A stretch of 58,329 nucleotides of DNA. It comes from a virus. Taxonomy: Duplodnaviria > Caudoviricetes. The stretch is taken from positions 1 through 58,329 of IMG/VR virus record IMGVR_UViG_3300027833_000059. The stretch is one strand, 5' to 3'. The notes below the pieces were generated by a model. It was not told the origin of the DNA and made no database searches. It worked only from the letters and a program-made list of their open reading frames with translations. A program made the translations under genes and the position numbers. Below are positions 1-9,405 of this stretch, piece after piece (the stretch's first letter is position 1; each line of letters starts with the position of its first letter).

Positions 1-697
1 CGATTTCATACATAACACCATCTTCTTCATCTTCCATTTCTGGTTCCATGTCCATTTCTGGTTCCATATCCATTTCTGGTTCCATATCCATTTCTGGTTC
101 CATGTCCATTTCTGGTTCCATGTCCATTTCTGGTTCCATGTCCATTTCTGGTTCCATGTCCATTTCTGGTTCAGAACTGTTAGTGTTATTTTTAATCACA
201 AATTCTCCTGGTTCGTTTACCTTAAGGGTAACATCACCACTAGCATCGTCGATTACAACTTCGATTTCATCATCACCAGTTAACTTTTTGTAAACTGCCA
301 TAACGTTCTCATCAGATTCTCCAGTCATATCCATTTCGTACTCGTCTCCTGATACTTCAGTATCCATTCCAACTTCGTAATCACCAGTTAGGTCATCACC
401 TTCTACTGAGTCTTCAACTTCAATTTCCTCTTCAGCACTAACTTCTTCGTCTTCTACTTCATTAGCTTCATCACTAACTTCAGTATCATCAGATTCCATT
501 TCGTTACTTTCAACATCTTCATCTTCGATGTCTTCTTCTAAATAATCACCTTCTTCCAAAGATTCTTTCAGTACTCCATCAATTTCTTCTATAGCTACGC
601 TACGAAGTATTTCTTGTGTATTGGCATCAAGGGCCTCTTTAATTCTTTTAATATCTAAAAGAGAGTCCTCTAAAATTGATTTTTTCTTATCAGCCAT
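1..697 (-). CDS. Acidic prohead scaffold/core-like protein (runs off the window start)
   Basis: Not in the ORF track. ATG at 697 reads MADKKKSILEDSLLDIKRIKEALDANTQEILRS..., very Glu/Asp-rich and open to base 2. It lies directly downstream of the prohead protease, the T4 gp22 position. Confidence 0.7.
   Translation of the reverse strand, partial: MADKKKSILEDSLLDIKRIKEALDANTQEILRSVAIEEIDGVLKESLEEGDYLEEDIEDEDVESNEMESDDTEVSDEANEVEDEEVSAEEEIEVEDSVEGDDLTGDYEVGMDTEVSGDEYEMDMTGESDENVMAVYKKLTGDDEIEVVIDDASGDVTLKVNEPGEFVIKNNTNSSEPEMDMEPEMDMEPEMDMEPEMDMEPEMDMEPEMDMEPEMDMEPEMEDEEDGVMYEI
33..172. repeat. 18-bp tandem repeat, 7 full copies plus a partial copy, encoding EPEMDM
   Basis: Unit TCCATTTCTGGTTCCAT(G/A) starts at 33, 51, 69, 87, 105, 123, 141, 159. 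Confidence 0.95.
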
Positions 698-752
698 TTT
701 TTTTTCTTTCTTGATTTTTTATTATTTATTCTTTGGTTATTACACCATTTGA

Positions 753-762
753 TAATAAATAT
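753..762 (-). promoter_or_regulatory. Putative late promoter motif (A/G)TATTTAT, representative copy
   Basis: Same motif on the coding strand upstream of genes at 1522, 3213, 7363, 11895, 17072, 18273, 19343, 20255 (minus) and 24281 (plus). Confidence 0.6.
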
Positions 763-812
763 GTATTAATAACACAAAAAAACAATTTTTAATTAAAAAA
801 TATTAAAAATTG

Positions 813-1508
813 TTAATCTAGTAAAAATTTATTAATATTATCTACCATTAAGTTTTTAGTTATTTCTTTAGATTCAGTGTATTGTTTAGCTTGTTGAGGT
901 TGGTCAAACATCCAAGAACCTGGTGTACTAGGTGATGTTACAACATCCCAACAAATTATCTCAAAATCTTCTTGTACAATGTTATCACCATTGATTTCTC
1001 TTAAAGAACCAACACCTCTCGAAGAAACACCAATCATAATGTTGTTTCTAAGTAAATTAGCCACTTCATCACCCTTAGTTGAAACTATACCATAATTCAT
1101 ATAACCTGGACTCATAAGTATTTCCATTTTACCCATTAAGGTTTTTCCTTCCCACCAAGTTTCAATTATATTATGAGAAATTCTATCACCAGCAATTATT
1201 GAAGACTCTGGATGGTCTAATTCACCAATAGCCCTTCTTTGTTGGATTAATTCTTGATAGTTATTATTCTCTCTTTCTAATATATGTTTTGGATATATCC
1301 TACCGTTACGGTTTTTTACACTATGTTTTTGTAGAACAACATAGACAATGTAAGGGGCACCAACAACTGGTTGACCCTCACCTAACTTCTTAGCCTCAAC
1401 TATAAAAGCTTTATTCCTTTCATCATTAGGTGATATGTACCCAGCATCTTGTTCTATTAAAACACCGAACCCTGTTTTACCTGGTTTTATTATTTTTATA
1501 TCAGACAT
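813..1508 (-). CDS. Prohead core protease (T4 gp21-like)
   Basis: Motifs KNRNGRIYP, GELDHP, ISHNI, GVSSRGVGSL, WDVVTSPS. Confidence 0.93.
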   Translation of the reverse strand: MSDIKIIKPGKTGFGVLIEQDAGYISPNDERNKAFIVEAKKLGEGQPVVGAPYIVYVVLQKHSVKNRNGRIYPKHILERENNNYQELIQQRRAIGELDHPESSIIAGDRISHNIIETWWEGKTLMGKMEILMSPGYMNYGIVSTKGDEVANLLRNNIMIGVSSRGVGSLREINGDNIVQEDFEIICWDVVTSPSTPGSWMFDQPQQAKQYTESKEITKNLMVDNINKFLLD

Positions 1509-1542
1509 ATTAAATATTTATTAATAAATACATCTAGGATAT

Positions 1543-1570
1543 AAAAAAAACCTTGGATTACCAAGGTTTT
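1543..1570 (-). terminator. Intrinsic terminator
   Basis: AAAACCTTGG-atta-CCAAGGTTTT with a U-run on the minus strand. Confidence 0.8.
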
Positions 1571-1577
1571 AGTTTAT

Positions 1578-2018
1578 TTATTTTTTAACTTTATAAAATT
1601 TAAAGAATTTACTTTCATTTAATACTGATGTTATAATTTCATCGAGTATGTTATTTAAACTATCTTGTATTATCTTTTCCTGAATTTTAAATTTATGGTT
1701 TTGAAATAAAGTTATTTCACAATTCATATAACTTCGTTTACCATATGTTAATCCAGATTCTCTCATATCAAAGTCAACAATACTTCTATTAACATTGAAT
1801 AAGTGTTTATCTAATGTGTTAAATAGTCTATTCTTAATTCTTTTATTAAAATCTTTTATTACTTTTTTATAATTAACATCCTTTGAAATTAAAGGGTCTG
1901 CCCACCCAGAAATGGTTAAGTAAATTGACTTAGCGTTTTTATTATCTACTGTACCAGAAACTATGTTAAAATTATTAAAGTTATTAATCATTATTTGTTT
2001 ACCTTTTTTTGCTATCAT
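1578..2018 (-). CDS. Hypothetical protein
   Basis: 146 aa ORF colinear with the head genes, with its own TTTGAC...TATATTTA promoter-like sequence. Confidence 0.75.
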   Translation of the reverse strand: MIAKKGKQIMINNFNNFNIVSGTVDNKNAKSIYLTISGWADPLISKDVNYKKVIKDFNKRIKNRLFNTLDKHLFNVNRSIVDFDMRESGLTYGKRSYMNCEITLFQNHKFKIQEKIIQDSLNNILDEIITSVLNESKFFKFYKVKK

Positions 2019-2069
2019 ATAATTATATTTGTTTAAATATAATTATTTTTTTAAGATAAGTCAAATAAT

Positions 2070-2402
2070 TTATTTATTTAACGCAACAAAAATAGCAAAT
2101 GCTATTTGTACGACAGCCCATACTGTTGTTGCTACTGTTTTAAATGTGTTTAATTTTATAACATCTGATTTTAAATCTTTTAGTGTGTTTGGACTAGCAA
2201 CATCTTCCATGTATCTTTTCCATTTTAAAACTGATTCCATTTCTTTCTCAACAGCTTCAAACCTACTAAATTTCATATTTATTTCTGATAAAATTAGTAA
2301 TGTTTTTTCATCATTTTCGTTAAGTCTTTCTAATTCAGATATAACTAATTTTGAGTATTCGTTCCACCCATCTTGTTCGTCTGGTCTTTTCTCTATCGCC
2401 AT
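2070..2402 (-). CDS. Hypothetical coiled-coil protein with a C-terminal transmembrane helix
   Basis: Hydrophobic tail VATTVWAVVQIAFAIFVAL. Confidence 0.7.
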   Translation of the reverse strand: MAIEKRPDEQDGWNEYSKLVISELERLNENDEKTLLILSEINMKFSRFEAVEKEMESVLKWKRYMEDVASPNTLKDLKSDVIKLNTFKTVATTVWAVVQIAFAIFVALNK

Positions 2403-2406
2403 TACT

Positions 2407-3198
2407 TTATTGTTTTAAATCTTTTTTTAAGTTTAATATTTTTGTTATATCCTTTATAAATTTATCATCATTATATTCTCTACGTAATAAGTTATCCTTA
2501 GCCGCTAATAAACTTTCTTTAACTAATAAATCAGATGATACTAAAGTCTCATCAATCAGTGTGATACAATCTCTAATTGTATCTTTATAAAACTCTTCTT
2601 TTTCTTCTGATGTTGATTCAACAACAAGGTTAACTACTTTTAATTCAGACTCATTTAAATCTTTATATTTTTCGTTAAATTTTTCTACAAATACTGATGT
2701 TATCATACTATTAGGTACATTTAATCCTTCTGAAATATTATCATTGGATTTAGGTTTCTTACCCTTAATGTATTCACTAACTCTATAAGTAGCATCAACA
2801 ATGTCGTTAATGGTGTTAGCTTTTCTTTTAGTTAAAATTAATTTTGATATATCTTCATGCAATGCTTTTAACTTCTCATTACTACCATATATATCACCAA
2901 ACTCTTTACCTGAAAGATATCCTTCAAATAAAGAGTTATTAGCTTTTTCTATTTCTTTTGTAGAGTATTTATCCATTAAAGAAATATTCTCTTTAATCAA
3001 TTCAATAATCTTAGTTTCATTTTCTTCCACCATATCCTCAATATTTTTATAAATTAAAAATTGAGTACTTAGGATTTTATTTTCTTTAATTTGCTTAACA
3101 TAACCTTTAAATAAAGTTTTACCTTCATTTTTTTTAAGGGTTATACTTTCAGATAAAAGAATGTTAAAACTATTTTTTATTTTTCCAAAGTTTTTCAT
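2407..3198 (-). CDS. Hypothetical protein, probably head-associated
   Basis: Long helical ORF after the portal; ATG at 3198 preferred; late motif at 3213. Confidence 0.7.
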   Translation of the reverse strand: MKNFGKIKNSFNILLSESITLKKNEGKTLFKGYVKQIKENKILSTQFLIYKNIEDMVEENETKIIELIKENISLMDKYSTKEIEKANNSLFEGYLSGKEFGDIYGSNEKLKALHEDISKLILTKRKANTINDIVDATYRVSEYIKGKKPKSNDNISEGLNVPNSMITSVFVEKFNEKYKDLNESELKVVNLVVESTSEEKEEFYKDTIRDCITLIDETLVSSDLLVKESLLAAKDNLLRREYNDDKFIKDITKILNLKKDLKQ

Positions 3199-3242
3199 AA
3201 TCAAACATTTATTAATAAATATGTTTGTACTAATGAAAAGTC

Positions 3243-5243
3243 CTATTCATCTAAGATATTATCTATATCTTTAATCATCTCATTAATGGTATCATTAATT
3301 TTAAAATTCTTATTAGTTAACTTAACACGCTCATTCATAATTTCTTTAGGGGTTGGTTTAATTGAACCTATTAGATTATCCATCCTATTAACCTTAACAG
3401 TCTTATTTTTTTTAATTTTATTTTCAGTTATTATTTTACCCTTTTTCTTTATGTTTTCTTCAGTTGGTTCAGCATCACCTGAATCAAGGTCAACATCCTC
3501 ACTTCCAGCACCAAAATCATCACTTCCAGCACCAAAATCATCACCTTCTTCACCGAAATCACCATCTTCATCAGCACCTTCACCGAAATCTAAGTCACCT
3601 AGACCACCACCACCGAAGCTTCCACCAGCACCGCCAGAACCACCTTCTTCAGATTCATCTGTTTCAGAACTTTGACCACCTTCTTTAGCCACTTCAATAT
3701 CACCATAAACTCTATCAACTTGGTCAAACACTCCTGTATGTTTAATAACATTTGTTGTATTTTCTAATTCAGCTGATGCAGCTTTTTCCATTCTTTGTTC
3801 AAGTAAATCTTGTTTAATCTCATCATCCGACCAATTCAATATTTCCCTTTTAGCTCTAGTCATTGACATTGGTGCAAAACCATTACCAGCATCAGATACG
3901 GCATCCTTAAATAACGTAATTTTAGCTTGTAATAACTCATTCTTCATAGTTTCAGCTTGAGTAGATGGGTTATTCAATGTTAATGTAAAATTACTTAATT
4001 CATCTTCTAATCCAAGTAAAACTAAGTGTAATATAGCAATTTTATTTAACTCTTGAATCATAGCTTGTTGAATCCTATTTATGGTCCTACTAAATCTAAC
4101 ATCTTGTAAAGCTAAATTCTTTCCGTCACCCATAGCATCTTCAAAACCTAAGAAAGATTTAGGAACCCTTAACGCTGTAAATAGTTTTCTTTGTAAGTAT
4201 TCTATATCAGCAATTTGGTCTAAGTTTTGAGCTCCAGGTAGTGTATCAATTGGGTTTGGTGCATCTTCATTCCTAACTGGTATAAAGAAATCTTGGTCAT
4301 TAGCCATTTGATTATATTTTAAATCTATTTGACCTGTTTGAGGGTCTATGATTGGCATCCTTTTAAATCTATTAGCTATCTCATCAACATAAGCTGGTAC
4401 GTCATCGTCATTTATGTTACCAACATAAATCTTATAAACTCTTCTTTCAGGTGCTCTAGTAATACGGTAAATTAACATAGCATCCTCAGATAACAATAAT
4501 TGTTTCCATATTCTTCTACCTTTTTCTAATACTGATGTACCATAAGGTAATCTCCTATCATCACCAAGTAATCTAAAGTGTGCTACTTGCCAAGATTTAA
4601 ATTCAATATCTTTTCCTCTCCACCAAAATGTAACTTTATTATCTTCGTCTTCATTATTTACACCAATAACTCTATTGTATAAATCACCTTCTTTACGTTC
4701 TATTTCAAAATTAGGCATTTGTCTAGCACCTATAATACCAGCTTTATCATCTAGGTTAAGAAATACAAAATTATCACCGTACTTACAAGTGTTTCTTACC
4801 CACATTGGTAAAGTTGTGTGTATGTCTAACCTATTAAAAAATAAATCTTCTAAAATTGTTTTAACTCTCTTTGAATCTGAATAAACATTAAGAACCCTAC
4901 CCTTATCATTTGTAGTGGTAGATTCCTCCATCATTATATCCAAAGCGGCAGAAATTTCTGGATAAAACTCCATAGTTTCAAAATCAGAATATGACCCAAT
5001 ACGAGTAGTTTCATAATGTATTGATTTTTGAAACATTTCTCCATCAACCTTTCGCCACATCCCACCAATGTATTTATTTTGTTGGGCTTGTAATTTTGCT
5101 GTTTCATACTCCTGTTTATCTTTAGTTTTTATTAACGCATCGTTACCAATACTATATCTATTAGTACTATTCTTAGGTACATTAACACCATCTGGTGAAA
5201 ATATATTATTTAACCTTTGAAATACTGTTTGTTTTTTATTCAT
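3243..5243 (-). CDS. Portal protein (T4 gp20-like)
   Basis: Motifs PEISAALDI, EDAMLIYRITRAPERRVYKI, DFFIPVR, IDTLPGAQNL, YLQRKLFTALRVP; acidic Gly-rich tail. Confidence 0.95.
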   Translation of the reverse strand: MNKKQTVFQRLNNIFSPDGVNVPKNSTNRYSIGNDALIKTKDKQEYETAKLQAQQNKYIGGMWRKVDGEMFQKSIHYETTRIGSYSDFETMEFYPEISAALDIMMEESTTTNDKGRVLNVYSDSKRVKTILEDLFFNRLDIHTTLPMWVRNTCKYGDNFVFLNLDDKAGIIGARQMPNFEIERKEGDLYNRVIGVNNEDEDNKVTFWWRGKDIEFKSWQVAHFRLLGDDRRLPYGTSVLEKGRRIWKQLLLSEDAMLIYRITRAPERRVYKIYVGNINDDDVPAYVDEIANRFKRMPIIDPQTGQIDLKYNQMANDQDFFIPVRNEDAPNPIDTLPGAQNLDQIADIEYLQRKLFTALRVPKSFLGFEDAMGDGKNLALQDVRFSRTINRIQQAMIQELNKIAILHLVLLGLEDELSNFTLTLNNPSTQAETMKNELLQAKITLFKDAVSDAGNGFAPMSMTRAKREILNWSDDEIKQDLLEQRMEKAASAELENTTNVIKHTGVFDQVDRVYGDIEVAKEGGQSSETDESEEGGSGGAGGSFGGGGLGDLDFGEGADEDGDFGEEGDDFGAGSDDFGAGSEDVDLDSGDAEPTEENIKKKGKIITENKIKKNKTVKVNRMDNLIGSIKPTPKEIMNERVKLTNKNFKINDTINEMIKDIDNILDE

Positions 5244-5289
5244 AATACTTTTTTTTAAGTATAATCATTTATCTTTAAATAATCAATGA

Positions 5290-5541
5290 TTATTTTACAT
5301 AATCACACTGAACGTATGCTAATTTTTTTATTTGTCCAGCCTCAACCACAACAACATAACTATAAGTTGATATAAAATCATTACCTTGTTCACCTAAAGG
5401 TGTTACACAAAAATATTGGCTAATAGTTTTATTACTTTTTCTCTTTTTTTTATCCGCTTCACCTGGAGACCATTTATAAGTACCACCACCCTTTTGTGAA
5501 CCATTTTTTCTAACAAATACATTCTTTCCTTTTAACCCCAT
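5290..5541 (-). CDS. Hypothetical basic protein
   Basis: 83 aa ORF between terminase and portal. Confidence 0.65.
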   Translation of the reverse strand: MGLKGKNVFVRKNGSQKGGGTYKWSPGEADKKKRKSNKTISQYFCVTPLGEQGNDFISTYSYVVVVEAGQIKKLAYVQCDYVK

Positions 5542-5562
5542 ATCACTATTTTTATTTTATAA

Positions 5563-7353
5563 TTATTTACTACCACTGAATAACCACAAGAAATCACCGT
5601 TAGGGTCTTGCATATTTTTAGATATTCTACTATTAAATTTTGGTTTAGGTTGTAATTTTTTATCCTTACTAACAAAACCTGTTTCATAATTATCACTTGT
5701 ATCACGACTAGTCGTACCTACTTTCCAACTAGATAAAATAGCCTTAGTTTGATTATTAACTTTTTGTAATTTTTTAAATGAATGTTCTAACACCCAAAGA
5801 GGCATAGCTAATGCCATTAATAAATCATCATGGAACCCCTCAGCATGGTCTGGTCTACCATTCTTATAAACAAATGTTTTCATCTCACCAGTCATCCTAC
5901 TAGACCTTATTTTAATACCATTAGTTCTAATCATAAACTCTAAGTGGGATATCATTGTGATTCTAACACCGTTAGCGTGAAATCCAGGAGTTTTGTTATT
6001 TTTATTGTGAAACTCTAATTGGGCTTTTTTACTATTAAGTATTTTACCTTTTGGTTCATCGTAATATAAATTTGGGTAACCTAATTCAATTAATTTTAAA
6101 ACGGTAGCGACACCCATACCACCAGTAACATCAACAACCATAAGTGCATTGTATAAAACACCGTATTTATTGGCAATCTCACCTAACTTATCAGGTGGAC
6201 ACTTACCTTTGAACTCCATAACTTGTTCCATTGTGGTGAAATCTATAACGACAATAGTTGAACTATCTTTTCCATCACCTCTAGCGACATCAACACCCAT
6301 TATATACTCATGACCTTGTTCGGGTTGTTTCCAAATCCAGAATTCCTTTTCTCGACCATCAATCCACATAGGTTCTTTAACATTATTTTTTTCATGGAAA
6401 ACAATATCCTCATCAGCAATAACATTACCACCAGAACCTAAGAAAGATACATCTAACTCTTGTGCAATCTTCCTAGCGTTATTATTTAAGTTCATACACA
6501 TTCCCTCATACCAAGAAGATGTTGCTTTAAATCCAGCCTCAATCATTTTTTGATAATTGTCAACTATAAATTCAACCTCTTCGACTTGCTCACAAATCTC
6601 ACCTGTACTATCCTTTTTAATCCACCTTAAATCTTTATTATATCTAGGGTCTTCATACCACTTCATTTCAATTATATTGTAAGTGTTCTCACCGTCTTTA
6701 GATTGTTTATAAGTTTGATGGTATAGTGGGTCCATACCATTAGGTGTAGAAATAAGCATAACTCTACCACCCGTAGCACATGATGACATTGCAGCCGCAT
6801 AAACAGCATCCCCATTATCAATAAAGGCTGCCTCATCAAATATTAAGTATGTTGGTGTATAACCCCTAAGTGCATCTTCAGATGTAGCTACCGCAATTAT
6901 TTGAGTTCCATTGGGTAATTCAAGTTCAATCTTAGAATCACTTACAAATATGTTTTTAGCTAAATTTTCTTTACTACCATAATATTCTGGCCCCCAAAAC
7001 CATCTAGGTAATTGTAAAACGTAATCCTTAATACCCTTTAGGAATTTCTTTGCCAATGTTAATTTATTCGCAATTACTAATATTGTTTCAGGACTATCTT
7101 TGTCAGCCAATGCTGCCTTAATAGCCATATAAGCTTGTGTTGTGGTTGAAATACCAGCTTGCCTAGGTTTTGTAACTAAATTATAAGGATATTTTTCATA
7201 AGCCCTTACAATCTCCTTTTGTCTAGGGAATAAGTTAAAAGGTACAAAACCACCTTGTGTTAAATCCTTAGTTTGTAAGTAAGTACCTATTGCATAAATT
7301 GGGTCTTCTAAACACTTACCATATTCTGTTAATATTTCTAAATTTGTTAACAT
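5563..7353 (-). CDS. terL: Terminase large subunit (T4 gp17-like)
   Basis: KPRQAGIST Walker A variant, LIFDEAAF Walker B, ISTPNG coupling motif, nuclease motifs GVDVARG.G.D and HDDLLMA. Confidence 0.96.
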   Translation of the reverse strand: MLTNLEILTEYGKCLEDPIYAIGTYLQTKDLTQGGFVPFNLFPRQKEIVRAYEKYPYNLVTKPRQAGISTTTQAYMAIKAALADKDSPETILVIANKLTLAKKFLKGIKDYVLQLPRWFWGPEYYGSKENLAKNIFVSDSKIELELPNGTQIIAVATSEDALRGYTPTYLIFDEAAFIDNGDAVYAAAMSSCATGGRVMLISTPNGMDPLYHQTYKQSKDGENTYNIIEMKWYEDPRYNKDLRWIKKDSTGEICEQVEEVEFIVDNYQKMIEAGFKATSSWYEGMCMNLNNNARKIAQELDVSFLGSGGNVIADEDIVFHEKNNVKEPMWIDGREKEFWIWKQPEQGHEYIMGVDVARGDGKDSSTIVVIDFTTMEQVMEFKGKCPPDKLGEIANKYGVLYNALMVVDVTGGMGVATVLKLIELGYPNLYYDEPKGKILNSKKAQLEFHNKNNKTPGFHANGVRITMISHLEFMIRTNGIKIRSSRMTGEMKTFVYKNGRPDHAEGFHDDLLMALAMPLWVLEHSFKKLQKVNNQTKAILSSWKVGTTSRDTSDNYETGFVSKDKKLQPKPKFNSRISKNMQDPNGDFLWLFSGSK

Positions 7354-7392
7354 TCTTTTTAATATAAATATATAGTCACTTCATAAAACAAC

Positions 7393-7417
7393 AAAAGCCG
7401 CTAATATAGCGGCTTTT
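7393..7417 (-). terminator. Intrinsic terminator
   Basis: AAAAGCCGCTA-ata-TAGCGGCTTTT. Confidence 0.8.
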
Positions 7418-7431
7418 AAAGTTATTTATGG

Positions 7432-8589
7432 TTAAGATAATAAATCCATAGCGTCAAAACAACTATCACCCATAGTTTCATTAAATTCATCTTCCTTTAT
7501 CTCTTCTTTAATCTCATATAACATTTCAGAAATCATTTCTTTACCTTTTTTAGTTTTAGCTAAAATTTCCCTCATAGTTTCATTAAATTCATTTGACGGT
7601 AGTGAAGCTAATTCAGTATAAACATGATGTTTCATATTCTTATCATCTTCTGGTATCATACTACAGAATCTTTCCCAAATTGCTGGACCTAACCTCATAT
7701 CCCAAGGTTCAGCCTTAGTAAAATCAGCGTTATTACTAACATATTCAGCTATTCTATCATCTTCTGGTCTACCATGCATTGAAAGTAATTCCATAACACC
7801 CTTACATAACTCATGTACTAATACAGGAAAAGTCATACCTTGTGCTTTAACGCTTGGTTTACCGTTACCTTCTTCATCACCAAAAACCTCAGCTTCACAC
7901 ATACCAACTTGTACGTTATCGTCAGTGTCTGGTTTTATAAAATACATATAATCACCAGCTGACATCATTTTGTTATAAGCTTGTGGTAATCTTGGATTCA
8001 TGTTAGACAAATCTTTACGAACATTATGAAACATATGTTCAAGATTACTAGCAGCACCCTTACCCATAGCATTAAGTACCCTTCTCTTTTTAACCCCAGA
8101 GTTTGCCATTTTAATCTCATCATGGTCATTAAATTCTTCATCAACCAATTCTGGACTTTCTTTTCTACTATTCTTAAGGTTTATCTTAGGTCTTAATTCA
8201 GCAGTAAAATCAATAGAACCCTCTGGTATATCAAATTCTTCAGTCACCATTTTTATGGCTAATTCCTGAAGAGCTTTTTTATTAGGACCCTCCATTTTCA
8301 TAGTACTGTTAAGTAAAGGCATTTGTTCACTCATAATATGTTCATCATCTATGATATCCATATCAAATGCTTCTCTACACTTATAAACAACATCTTTAAA
8401 TCTTTCACGCATTAACCTAACTTCATTTGTGATTATATCTTCTTCTGGAAATATACCACACTCACCTAATGAATGTCTACCATCCCTAAGTTGTTCTTCT
8501 AACTCTGGGTGTATTCTTTCTTCAATACCCTCTTGATATAAAAGGTTTTCATTAAGTAACTTTCTAGCAATATTTTTATATTTACCCAT
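7432..8589 (-). CDS. Hypothetical virion-associated protein
   Basis: 385 aa in the head operon; N-terminal KLLNE; VHELCKG resembles a degenerate zincin motif. Confidence 0.65.
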   Translation of the reverse strand: MGKYKNIARKLLNENLLYQEGIEERIHPELEEQLRDGRHSLGECGIFPEEDIITNEVRLMRERFKDVVYKCREAFDMDIIDDEHIMSEQMPLLNSTMKMEGPNKKALQELAIKMVTEEFDIPEGSIDFTAELRPKINLKNSRKESPELVDEEFNDHDEIKMANSGVKKRRVLNAMGKGAASNLEHMFHNVRKDLSNMNPRLPQAYNKMMSAGDYMYFIKPDTDDNVQVGMCEAEVFGDEEGNGKPSVKAQGMTFPVLVHELCKGVMELLSMHGRPEDDRIAEYVSNNADFTKAEPWDMRLGPAIWERFCSMIPEDDKNMKHHVYTELASLPSNEFNETMREILAKTKKGKEMISEMLYEIKEEIKEDEFNETMGDSCFDAMDLLS

Positions 8590-8993
8590 TACTTTCTTAA
8601 ATTTTTAACTTTAATTACCTTAACAACTTTTCTAGATTTAGATTCTTTAACAACACTCTCAAAAGGTAAGTCAGATTTATCTGGACCCTTAGTTTTTTTC
8701 TCACCATATTTTATGGTAGCGTTATTCTTTAAAACCCCTTCTTCATCATAATTATCAACTGTACTTATTCCACTATCAATAGCCCTATTAACATTACTTT
8801 CTGAATCTTCCTTAACTGTTTCATCACCAGAAGACATAGAAGCTACAATATCTTTTGCTTTATCAGTGTCAACACCTACACTTTTTTCAACAGTATCAAC
8901 AAGATTATTAATATTCTTTTCAACTTCATTAGGGTCTAACATAGTTAAAGACTCTTTAATACTATTTTTAAAATCTTTCTTTTTAATTCTCAT
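8589..8993 (-). CDS. Hypothetical protein, candidate internal head protein
   Basis: Overlaps the next gene by one base; IKES and VVKES motifs. Confidence 0.65.
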   Translation of the reverse strand: MRIKKKDFKNSIKESLTMLDPNEVEKNINNLVDTVEKSVGVDTDKAKDIVASMSSGDETVKEDSESNVNRAIDSGISTVDNYDEEGVLKNNATIKYGEKKTKGPDKSDLPFESVVKESKSRKVVKVIKVKNLRK

Positions 8994-8999
8994 AACTTA

Positions 9000-9404
9000 T
9001 TAATTTTTAATATTTTCTTTATATTCTAATACAATATCATGCTCGTATAATGAATCATCAACATTTGATATAACCTCACCAAACTTAAAATAAAGCCTTT
9101 TCTCAGGGTATTCTTCATATTCTGATATATCCTCCCACCCAAGTGCTATAATACCGTCCACAGCGTCCCAAACTGAGAATGTGTCACTATCTTGGATAAC
9201 ATTTAATTTAAGTTCGGTAGTAACCCTACCTACTTTAACAATCATGTCTGATTTAGGTGGTGTAGGTTTACCCGATGCTGGGTAAGAATCCCAATCTTCT
9301 CCATCAATATTCTCAATTGTATTTGAGAATAAAAACTCATAAGCGTAATCACCAACCCAATTAGTACCCACTTTATTTATGTAAACTAAATATAACTTTT
9401 CCAT
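9000..9404 (-). CDS. Hypothetical protein
   Basis: 134 aa, tightly packed in the operon. Confidence 0.75.
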   Translation of the reverse strand: MEKLYLVYINKVGTNWVGDYAYEFLFSNTIENIDGEDWDSYPASGKPTPPKSDMIVKVGRVTTELKLNVIQDSDTFSVWDAVDGIIALGWEDISEYEEYPEKRLYFKFGEVISNVDDSLYEHDIVLEYKENIKN

Positions 9405-9405
9405 T

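Noticed and set aside
48-293. Plus-strand ORF with SISGSM repeats
   Set aside because: Antisense shadow of the EPEMDM repeat in the real minus-strand gene
3286-3688. Pro/Ser-rich and His-rich plus-strand ORFs
   Set aside because: Antisense shadows of the acidic Gly-rich portal tail
5563-7353. Intron or intein in terminase, portal or thyA
   Set aside because: Continuous frames of ordinary length with no intein or intron motifs visible
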